Shown here piece by piece: positions 38,162 to 50,100 of a stretch of DNA of 64,000 bases. The first letter of the stretch is position 1. Each line of letters begins with the position of its first letter. The notes below the pieces were generated by a model. The model saw only the letters and a list, made by a program, of their open reading frames with translations. It ran no database searches and was not told the DNA's origin. The position numbers and the translations under genes are program-made. The stretch comes from Haliotis rufescens (Eukaryota): positions 55,304,001 to 55,368,000 of the forward strand of contig NW_025964223.1 of assembly GCF_023055435.1 (NCBI RefSeq). Reading direction: 5' to 3'.

Positions 38162-39709
38162 TTAATAGAAAAATCGTTTAAAATAGTCGTTCTTTAGAGC
38201 AAGTTTGGCTGTAATTCTATCTAAAGGATTTAAGTCAAGACACTTCTTCAAAAGTGACACAAGCTTTCGGTCAGGAATGTCAAGACCAGATACGTCCAGC
38301 TGATTGTGGTCTTGGGCGATGAACTGAGGTGGTTTTCCCGTCAGACTCTCATACAATGACGCACCAAACATCCACATGTCAAAGGACTTCATTATCTTGT
38401 CTTCAACATCCCTTGTCTTGCACTGTGGATTGTAGCTTCCGGTACCAAGCCTGATCGCATCGCCAAAGTCGATAACTTTGACCTTTCCACCCTGTCCAAT
38501 GAGTATATGGGCTGGCGTTATGTCCCCATGGACTACGTCATGGCTGTGAAGATGTTCAAGACACGTGACAACTTGTTTCATGACTTTCTTCATCGCACCT
38601 TGTCTGCGAGCCTGGCACTTCCTGGCAATGAACTCGGCCAGGTTCGATCCGCCGACATACTCCAGTATCATGACTTGGCGGCCCTTGTGTTCAAATAGTT
38701 CATAGGCTTTGATAATGTTCTTGTGTTGGACCTGACCAATGATGTTAAACTCAGTGGTCCATGCTTTGGACACTTCCATCGGGTCTCTGTTTCTTGGGTG
38801 CGACACTTTGGCTGCAAATACTTTCCCGTCCTTGAACACATTGTACACAGTGGCGTTAGCACCAGAGCGGATGACCTCACGGAACATGTAGCCATGGATT
38901 GTGAGGCCGAGGAACGGGTCGCGTGGGAGTGAGCGGAGAAACCCCTCCCCAGCTGATTGAGGTAACTGACAGTTTTCAGGGTGGCGCTGGTTGCAAGGGG
39001 GAGTCGCGGCATCCACGGGAGGCGTTGATTTAGACACACACTCCACCAGTCGCTCTACGTCCGACAGACATTTTCTCCATAGTTCTGCTGCAGCATTGTG
39101 ATGTCCGGCTTGATGAGCCCACGTGAGATGAGGATCTGAAGACAGTGAAATCATCACATTACAAGTGTTCAGATTTACATAAATTACACACACACACTGC
39201 AAGCAATACAGACATCTAGCAATCAACAAGGTAGATGAACATATAAAAAGTAAAAGTGGATGCAAGGTACGCAAATGGAAAGGACGGGGAATCAGAACTC
39301 TAATTTGGCTATGTTTTGAAAATAAATTATATTAGTTATGATAGCTGCTGCTTGTGTGAAATCGGCTAATATGTTTTTTTGTCTTGTTTTAAGACAGACA
39401 CGTTTCAATACAGATTTAATTGGTTTCAGGAAAAGAATAAAAATAAATGGATTCTGGAGAGAAATACAAATATTATAGCAGCTTTATGATGGCATGTTTA
39501 AGAAGTATCGCACATTTATTCAATAGTTTAAGACTGGTTTGAAAAACAACCACCCGCCGCCTACAATCTGTTGAAAAATCCATTTCGAGTTTGCTGGATC
39601 GTTCTTAATCCTTTTTTAGAGACCTCGCGCCGCACAACTAATCTAACAGTAATCCGGTTTGGGGTTAATAATACTGACAACAATATTACTTACCAAGAGC
39701 CATATCCAT
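38162..39709 (-). CDS. Atypical kinase-fold protein, copy 6
   Basis: Exons 39709-39694 (MDMAL) and 39135-38162; intact; second CRE mutated to TGACATCA. Confidence 0.88.
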
Positions 39710-41137
39710 GAGGGTATTGGAAACCGATTTCCAGAATAACACGAGCTGTATTTTAGATTAAATCGCCTTACAAAGTTTCCGTGAAGAGAAACCACGCCTC
39801 GTCTCTAGCGCAATGTGGCTAAATGTGACGTTCCCTTCTGTGACGTCACACGTTTATGACATCATGTGTGATGTTTTCCGGTTTAACGGGGTCCGGATTA
39901 ACGAGGCTAGGCTGTTTATTTAGAGGGCCAGGTTGCCGGATTTTATAAACGTTTCGGCTGCAGTTAAAAACGAGATTCGGTATTTACATGTGATAAAACC
40001 CTGCCTTGTTATATATTTTTTCTGTTCAATCTACAAAAGTACAAGAATGAAGCCTATTTATGGTATCGTGTCCCCCGCCGTGATATTGCTGGAATATTGC
40101 TAAAAACGGCATAAAACCCTACTCACTCACTCACAAAAGTAAAAAGTTTGTACTTCGAGGTTTTCCGTTGTCTTCGAAAGTTCTGAAGAGGTCATCCTTC
40201 GGTGAAAAAAACACACATTGCACTGGCCTACCAATATATGAAATTTATGCCCGCGTAGAAATTTGCGTCTCGATCGATGCTCAGACGAGGGCATAAGTTA
40301 ACTGTGTTTCATCTCTTACAATGATGATGTTTTCATAACGTTTTTGTATGTATTTGCGGAATATATATTATAATCTTACCTGGTGAAATGTCAAAGTGTT
40401 TTTGTCTCTCCATCTCAGGTTTATAGAGTGAGTGAGTGAGTGCATTAACATTAAGTCTTTTCAGGGAGATCATGAAACAAACGTACAAGGACATGTAGAG
40501 TGTCACCCAAAAATATGAAATAAGGGGAGGCTCAATATTTTCAGTACATTAGTGCATCAAAATTCTCTGACACCCAACCAACACTCCCAACCCCAATATC
40601 TAAGTGACAGAGGTGACACTGTGTGTGGAAATGATGTTTTAATATACATAAAAGAAATTCTCGATAAGCTGCACTACAGTTGATGATGGGAAGATATAAT
40701 ATTTTTTTATCAGAAACGTTGGTGAAACATTTAATATATGTTTACAGATATTGTTATTAAAATTATCATGAACATGACATTGATGCCATATTGTTCTCTC
40801 TCGTCGTACAAACCACCTAATTAAAAAATATGAATAATATCACAAACTTCATAAACCCTTGTAACCCACATTTTCATAAACCCGTGGCTCGTGATTTCAC
40901 TACATACACTATTGCTCGATATAAAGGACCACATGTGAATCACAGCCCCTTCTACAAAGAGATCTTAGAGCTGTGATCGCAGCCCCTAAACTTTAACTGG
41001 TGTAGTCAGTTCTCCAAATTCGGTTTCCGTTTGTTTTGAAAATACGGGAGTAAACGCGCAAACGCATCCAAGGGACGTAATCATTGTTGGAACTCTTCTA
41101 TTTGTTAGGGTGAGAAAGTGTCTTTCGTAAATATATT

Positions 41138-41148
41138 CGCGTAGTCAC
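41138..41148 (-). promoter_or_regulatory. Putative antioxidant response element (RTGACnnnGC) just upstream of the PSMA1 ATG
   Basis: Minus strand GTGACTACGC followed by an AT-rich flank, ~42 bp before the ATG. Confidence 0.35.
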
Positions 41149-41188
41149 GCTTTGAGATTGATCATTTTGGAACCACAGTTCAAGAAAC

Positions 41189-44100
41189 ATGGTAAAGTTG
41201 ATAATCCTGGACATTTTGTGATGATGTTTGGGATTTTTATCATCTCTGTTTGATTTTGCGTAGCGTGTATATTCAATAATTGAATTACTTTGGCTCTGCC
41301 GGTATCAGCATGCTTTTGATTCAATTTAGCTTTGTCATATTATAAACACTATTAAATGTTTGTCCATTGCGTATTCTTGCCAGGTTAAATTGATCTTATT
41401 CGTATGGGATTCTTGTTCGGTTGTCAGTTAGTTCGCTAAAAATCTGTTATTTAAGTCGAGATATTTCCTCAATTCTGAAACGTAGGTCCCCGTATCATAT
41501 TGTCCTGTTTTCGATCAGGCATTTTGAACTGATTAAAGACATCTTTTCACAAAGGTAAAATTGTGATATAATAACAACTGATTAACGTTCATCGTGCAAA
41601 TAATGTGATATGCAGTAAAATTGTATGCTATTGTTTGCCAACTGAATCTTTGTACTACATCATTAGTACTTAGCTGGTCCAGACCCATGAAAATCCAGGT
41701 TAGAATTGGTCTTCAGCATATCATGCTTGTCTAAGTGGCAACTATTCTTGTTGTAAGAGGCGACTAACATTATTGGCTGGTCAGACTTGCTGACATTGTT
41801 GATGCATGTCATCATATCTCAATTGTGTAGATAGATGCTTATGATGTCAATCACTGGATTGTCTGGTCCAGATTCAATAATTTACAGACCGTCTGAATTT
41901 TCTTTTCTTCCGTTATCTTGGTCAAATAGCTTGAATATTGCTGAGTGTGGTGTAAACAACAAACAAACAAACGAACAAACTAAACTTAACTGGTCCATAA
42001 TTGTTGGGTGTAATTTCACAGTGACACAGCTTCACGTTTACTGTCCGACATCCAGTGGCTGCTTGTACATCATGTGTACATAGCTGTAGATTCATGCCCT
42101 CATGTTCTAATAAAGTCCAGTGCTGATTTTGCACCAGTCTTCGAAAGATCAATCAGTGCAAATTACAGAATATCACAAAGTTGTATACCTTTGATCTCAA
42201 ACAATTTACAATGTTTACCTTTGAATACAGCCAAACCTTTATTTTGGAAATCCACTCTTATGAGTCTAAGTGAGTTCGGGAGTTCGGTTTTACACCGCTT
42301 CTAGCAATATTCCAGCAATATCATGGCGGGAGACACCAGAAATGGGCTTCACACATTGTACCCATGTCGGGAATTGAACCCGGGTCTTCGGCGTGACTTA
42401 TTAGTCTAAGAGCCTGAAGGGTGTGAGTTGACAAGCAGTGTTATGTTTTTTAGACAAAGACTAAGCCTGGTATGATATCAGTGTCCTGCTTGATACTAGT
42501 ACCTTACACCCGTGAAGATCCGGGGTAGAATTGATCTTCAGCAACCCATGCTTGCCATAAAAGGTGACTATGCTTGTCATAAGAGGTGACGAATTGGATC
42601 CGGTGGTCAGGCTCGCTTACTTGAATGATGCATGTCATCGTATCCCAATTGTGTAGATCGATGCTCATGACATCAATCACTGGATTGTTTTGTGCAGACT
42701 CAATTATTTACAGACCACTGTCATATAGCTGGAATATTGCTGAGTGCGGCATTAAACAACAAACAAACAAACGAACAAACTAGCACCAATATGAAAATGT
42801 TGCATTGACAGAATGAAGTTAAAATCCACAATAGTAAACTTTGCCATTGCTCTTGTCAATCCAGGTCCAGGGTATGTACAGGCGACTCTTATGTGTTAGA
42901 CATCAAACATGACAAGTAAACAAAGTTTTATGTGTTCAACCTTATCCATTTTCAGTTTTATGAGAGTGTACTGTGTAATGAATTGTTTTACTTTTCAGTT
43001 TCGAAACCAATATGATAATGATGTCACAGTTTGGAGTCCACAGGTAACTATGATATGTAATTTGTAATGTAAAACAACTGTAAAAAAAGCTATGGGGGGC
43101 AATTGTCATTCCAATATTTTAAAGTTAATTGTTAAATTAAATTTGACTTTTCCAGGGCAAAGGTATTCTCATCTTTCGCATTGTAATTGCGGCAATCATT
43201 TGTACTAGTTATGCAATGCTGGATTATCTATTGTTCACAGGGAAATAGGGGTGGGGTAGAGTTTTTAAAGTGTTTGCATCTATTCCAAAGTTTAGATATA
43301 CATTCATCAATGAGCACAATGTTTGAAACTTAGTGTTGGAATTGGTTGTAAAATCTTTATTGATGATGGACCATTCCAATTGATCGATAACCAAAATATC
43401 AATTTTGTTTCCTTTTGCTGTTTTTGAATGTTAAGTTCTGTAAAACTAAAACACTGTAAGAATTTCAGTAACTTGGGTCACAGTGCAACCAACAAGACCT
43501 TATGTATATTTCTTCTCTTGTGACAGGGTCGTATTCACCAGATTGAGTATGCCATGGAAGCGGTGAAGCAGGGGTCAGCCACAGTGGGTCTCAAGTCCCG
43601 GACACATGCTGTTCTTGTTGCCCTCAAGGTAGTGTCCAGTCCAATGATCAAATCTACCTCTATAACACATGTACAGTCAAGTCCCGTTAATCCGACATTG
43701 TTGGTTGCATATGATAATGTCGGATTAACGAGTATGCAGATAAATGAAATTAGGTAGTATGAACGTTCATGATCGAAAATTGGACAACTACACGATAGAT
43801 AACGATACAAACACGTAGGAAAATGAAAAATGAAATATTCATATTGTTGTGTTACATTGTCAGCGGAATATGTTTTCTAATCGGTAGCGAGAACTTGAAC
43901 CGGATTTTAATGAAATTGAGGCATGTGATTAATCCTGTTTTTTTTATTTAAAGCAGTAATTGTATATTGTTAAGCAAGTTTATTCTCTGCAGCCATTGAA
44001 ATATGCAGCTACTCGCCGACTCGTCTCGCATCAAAACACGGGGCTGTGTACTCGCGGGCAGATGACCACAGAGTACGCTGATCACTGTGTTGGATAACGA

Positions 44101-47100
44101 GACTGAATTATAAGTGATTTCAGCAATTCGTTGCAAATTAGGTGTGTCGGAGTTGGAGTGCGAGTCTGTCAGATTAACGGGGATAAATAGCACTGATTAA
44201 ATCAGTTCCCATTATTTGTGTCAAATAAAGCCAAATGTCGGATTAACGAGTGTTGGATTAACGAGACTTGACTGTATAACTAATGCCATCAAACTGAATG
44301 TGGTTTATACTTGTTATGATCTTTCTCGTGGGGATTCTTGGTAAGAATATAAGTCCCAATCAAATTATCTTTTTAGCAAGAGGTAACTTACCAAATGGAG
44401 TGGTCAGGATCAGTGCTCATGGTCTCAATCACTGGATTGTCTGGTCCAGACTGGAGTATTTTCAGTCACCATCATATGGCTGGAATTTTGTTAAACCATA
44501 AACAAATGATACTGACCTATCATTACCATGACAATATCCTTTCGGGTTTTTTCTTATATATGTATAAAACAAACTGGGGGTATTCTGTGTTAGAGCATGG
44601 GTCCCCAGCAGCCAATGCTAGTCATCTGAGGGGACAAGATGGATCAGGTTGTCAGACTCGATGTTATTGTACCCTGATGGTGGTTGGCATTCTCATAATC
44701 ATTATGTTATCAATCTTTGTTTTGCCTGGTCCAGACCAGAACAGGCTACAGTAGGGCTGGCTAAAAACATTGATAATTGGAATTATTGTCGATGGGAAGA
44801 AATATTAACGATTATCAATATGAAAATTGTCATTGATAATATCTTACATTAACTAATGTGATGAAATAAAGTTTAAATTTATTAAAATAGACGTGTTATC
44901 ACAATTACTGAAGACAGAAAGCAATTATTTTTGGTATATCTTACATGTCCACAAAGTAATCCATGCATTAGTGTGTCCCCATTCAGAAGTCCAATTTCTT
45001 TTGGACTTTTTGGCATATTGCTCAGTGTTACTTCTCCGATATTTATCGATAATTGATCAATATTTTGTTAACGATAATTGATCTCTATGATATATATTGA
45101 TAGCTAGCCCTAGGCTACAGTGAAATAGCTGGAATATCGCCAATACTGCATTACACAAGCCAGTTACAATATGGAAGGGAGGTAATTCTGTAATTTATGT
45201 GCCAGTTCAGGAAGCGCATTAATAGAAGTTTGGTTCTGAATCTATCATCTTGTTCACAATGTTGATAAACTTGACTGTTCTATTTCAGCGAGCCCCTTCT
45301 GAGTTGTCAGCTCACCAGAAGAAAATAATTCCCGTTGATGACCATGTTGGTGTGTCTATAGCAGGTCTTACAGCTGATGCTCGACTCTTATGGTCAGGTT
45401 ACCTTTCAACTTGCCGTATTGTATATGTTTTGTTCAGAAAATGATATTTCAGTTGCTTGTCCGTCGAAATATACATCTTTAACGTGTCTTCACTGGCTTA
45501 AAAAATTCTTGATGGTCAAATTTCATTTTACTGAAATGGAAAACAAATCACTCTTGATGTTTTTCTTACCATTAGATATTATATTCCTTTTTGATACAGC
45601 AAATATTTAGTGTATTTTGTTTTGGTGTAAATTAGTCACTTCCCTTTTGTCATTTGTTGAATTTACTGTAATATGTTCATTCCAATTTTCCAGCAACTTC
45701 ATGCGATCTGAGTGTTTGAATTCCCGGTATGCCTATGAAACTCCTCTACCGGTGTCCCGACTCGTCAGCATGATCGGAGATAGTATCCTTGTGTGGAAAA
45801 AATGACAGTAAAAAATGGATTTCCATATGGTGTGTTACGTGACAAAAATTGCTGACACGACATCACCATTAAATCTTGTTTACATATTAGCTATACATTC
45901 ACTGTTTTGAATTTGGTCAGTGCATAGGTAGCCCACTTATCTGAGGGGGTAGGGCTGAGTGGAGTTATCTCCCTTTAACTGTTCTAGGATCTGCTGATCG
46001 GTGATAAAAATCCATAGTTCATCCTGATTAGGATTCTTGCTCTGTGAGCACAATTCCTATTTGTGTACTAAATTTGCCTGAATTTCTGGAAATAATAATC
46101 CGGTTAATTTCTTCAATTATTCTGAGAATTGACATGGCTGGGACTTATGAAAAACCATACACAATAAGTTCAATTTGTTTTCAGAGGTATGCCTTAGTGA
46201 ACAACAAACGTACTATAGTTCAAATGTCGATGAAACAAACACTTTTTCGATATAGTTAACTGGCAATTAAATACCCTTTCTGGGCTGCTGAATTTTTTTG
46301 TAAAATAATCTGTATCATACACAAGAAAATGTGCATTGCCTGGTAAATGTTTGGCCTCAGTTTGGGTGCTTATAAAGATTGGTCTAGAATTTGGTCTGGT
46401 GCGTAATTGGAACAGGACACTTAATACAGTGAATTCAGTACTTGTCACAAGATAAGAATACACTTTTACTACTTCCAGTAGACAGAATATAATATACCGG
46501 TAGGTAAAGTCTAGTTCATGTTCAGGGCTAGTAGATGTGACTTCTAGCCCCCTTTGGCAAGGAACCTTCTGTGTATAAGTTCAATGCTTTGTACATATTA
46601 TTTTGTATTCAGTGAGAGATAATTTGTATTGAGTGAGAGATCCTTTGGCCTTAACTTTGCTAAGAATCACAGGTACCAACTCAGCGTTACGGGAGGCGAC
46701 CTTTTGGAGTTGGCCTCTTAGTGGCAGGATATGATGTAAGTATGTGTGTAGCAGCGTACCATACATTAAACATGGTATGCATGAAAAATGCCCCCTAAGG
46801 TATTAAACTTGAATTTGTTTACATTTGTTTTTATTTATTCAGATAGATCATGATGGAAACATGGTTAAAATATAACTTTGTATTACATAGTGTGCAGTCA
46901 AAGGTTGCATCTTATCGCTGCAGCTGTTCAGGTGAACAAACAGGAGATGACACACTTGGGCAATATAATGTGAATTTTGGCATGAAAAAATGATACAGTG
47001 AAAGGAAGAGGGACGTGCCAAAATTTATCATAACTATGGGGTTAAGGGAAGGGGGCTTATCGCAAGTTCTTAACTATAATGGAATCGGGTGGTCAGACTC

Positions 47101-50100
47101 ACTGACTTTGTTGAAGTATGTCATCGATCCCAATTGCTTGGATATCAATGATATCAATCCCCAGATTGGCTGGTCCAGACTCGCTTATTTACAGACCACC
47201 GTCATATAGCTGGAATATTGCTGACTGCGGCGTAAAACAAACCCATCCACCAAACGACACTCACTCACTCACTCACTCACACTCACTCACTCACTCACTC
47301 ACTCACTCACTCACTCACTGTGATTCATGAATGTTTTGATGATGTAGACATATGTTTCCAGGCACAAGGTCCACACATCTACCAGACCTGTCCATCGGCC
47401 AACTACTTCGACTGCAAGGCCATGGCCATCGGAGCCAGGTCCCAGTCCGCCAGAACATACCTGGAGAGAAAGCTTGACACCTTCCTTGACTGTGAGTGCT
47501 GCTGCAGTAAAACTTCTCAAATTGTAATTATGGACTTTCCAGTTCATATTTATGTTCATGTTCATATGTTCCTATAATGTTAATGGTTTTAGGATGTTAG
47601 TAGTCACTGATAACAGGACCGATGAAGAGGGAGAGGTTTTTATGTACAGTTTAGCCTTACTGCATTGAATGCAATTTGAAATACTATGTTGAAATACCTT
47701 TGAATTTAAGAAAATATACCTTTCAATAGAGTCCCAATTTTAAACAAATTATGTAATGTTTTTGCATTTTACCTGACATTGGCACTTAGTTTGGAATCCT
47801 TGAGGTTACACAAAACCAAACGTTTTTCCATAGATTTCTATAGTAATGTTATATAAAAAATATATTTTTTAAATAAATAGGCATTCGAAGCCTTTACATA
47901 TACATGTAAGGCATAGTCTGGCCTTAAAGCTGCCATGAAAACACAAATTTTGGCTAGCTGAGCTCTTCCAAATACATGAAGCTAACACATCAACCCCAGT
48001 TACGCACCAAAAGTCACCTACTTGAAAATATCTATGGTGACAGTCACTTTCAGCTGAAGTCATCATGCTTCAAAAGTCAGCACTAAATATTGGAAAACAT
48101 TGTCAGTTAAATTACCGGATGAATGTACATGAAAAAAATAAATCTTACACAAAATCATCCAATCACAGCTGCCAGATTTCTCAATCAACATTCAACCTTC
48201 TTTATGAAAACTGCTGCCCAAACAACTGATTCTGATTTGGTGTAGTAGAGACTTAGATGCATCCCAGCAATTAGCATAGAGGTCAAGGTAATTTTGCAAT
48301 CAACTTGTACAGAATTTCTGCTACGGATGCAGGGATGAATCAAGTGAATTAGAAACTGGTGCAAATTTTCTACCTTGTCACCCACAGGTACTCTTGAGGA
48401 GCTGATCCTGCACGGGATGAGATCTCTGAGGGACACCCTGCCCCAGGACTTGGAGCTCACAACCAAGGTGAACATAGTGTTAAATTATTTTTTATAATTT
48501 CCAGAGGTCTTCACATTCTACGATCACAGAGTTATGTCCCTTTGCATTCCACATGGTATTGCTTTTAGTTTCTTTTGACGTGCGAGATTGTTAGTATCCC
48601 TGGATAACATACATTTTGTGTTGTGTTTGTAATCTATGAGATTGTGATTTAATTGAGTGACTTAGTGGGGGAGTTAATTTTGGGGTCACAGGTGCGAGAG
48701 GGATGGTGTGTTCTCGAGGGCTGAACCCATTGTATCTCTGCCTGTATCGTTTTGTCTGTTGATTGTTGAATTGGAATTAGTGTACCGACTATGGTATCCC
48801 TATGTCCCCAGGATAAGCTTGAATACTGGAGGGGAACTGATTTCCAGATTCAAGCCGTTATAGATGCTGCAATGCCTTCATCACAATCCACTTTGTGTTA
48901 ATGACTCTATGTCAGCTAATCAAAGCAAGGTTTTCCAAAAATATGTTTGTCTGACACAGCACCAGGATGTGCAGTTATAGGATGCTGACTTGTTACTTCA
49001 GTAAACCTGTGAAGATCCGGGGTAGAATAGGTCTTCAGCAACCCATGCTCGTTGTAAGAGGCGACTTTGCTTGTCATAAGCGTTGACTTATGAGAATTGG
49101 TGATCAGGCTCACTGACTTGGTTGATGCATGTCATCGAATCCCAGTTGTGTAGATTGATGCTCATGATGACAATTACCAGACTGTCTTGTCAAGACTCAA
49201 TTATTTACAGACCGCCGTCATGTAGCTGGAATATTGCTGAGTGCGGCGTAATACAAACAACAAACAAACAGAACAAATCTTGTATCGTTCAGCAACACAT
49301 TCAGCATGTTCAGACTTTCATCATTCTGTGTGTGTGTTCTATGTGAGTACCTAGTATATGGAATGTTTGTTCAGAAAGCTTTGATGCTTAAGGTGTGGTA
49401 ATGACTCAATTATTATTCAAGCTGATATTTTATCTTACAGAACTGCTCCATTGGGATTGTCGGCAGAGAACAGGACTTTACAATCTACGATGATGACGAT
49501 GTTACTCCATATGTATCCTTTAGTTCATTTTAGGGAAATACTTACAGACTTGCAGAGTACCTGTTAACTAATGATTCTCTTTGCAGATCAATATCTTGTC
49601 AACACTGACATGTTATACTTACTACTGGTAAACAAACACAAATGTGTTGATGCTGCTGAGACACGCATCTGTTAAAAGGGCGTGCACTGATGTATGCGGA
49701 TGTCATCCCAATATTGTTGCCAGATTGTTTGCCTTTTAACAGTGTTCAAAATACCTGCCTGCCCGACCGTCCGAGACGGGTTGATTTCAACTCGGGCTGC
49801 CAGATTTTCAAATCCCCCTGTCTGACGATCGGGTTATGTTTCATATGTGAAAATATTCAAAATATTTCCCGATGATAAGCATTAATTCACATGTAAAGAT
49901 GAATGATAAAATGTAACCAAAAAGAAACCCCGTTAGCTTATCCTGAGAAACATATGATTATAGTGGGCAGGCAGGTTTTGGTCAGGGCTGACAAGTATTT
50001 CAGCTAGCCAGTCCTGTGGTCTGGCTGAAATTTTTGGGAGTTTCATACCCTGCTTTTAAGGCAACCCGTGAAGATCCCGGTTAGAATTAGCCTTCTGCAA

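Larger units (their letters stand above)
18420..40442 (-). repeat. Tandem segmental array, at least 6 units of ~3.82-3.92 kb, each with one kinase-like gene
   Basis: Kinase stop codons at 18852, 22667, 26511, 30426, 34295 and 38162; intergenic sequence, SINE and MITE are repeated in register. Confidence 0.97.

Noticed and set aside
18852-39709. Kinase array as cargo of a transposon or endogenous virus
   Set aside because: No transposase, RT, helicase, capsid, LTR or unit-bounding TIR/TSD is seen; simple tandem duplication suffices.
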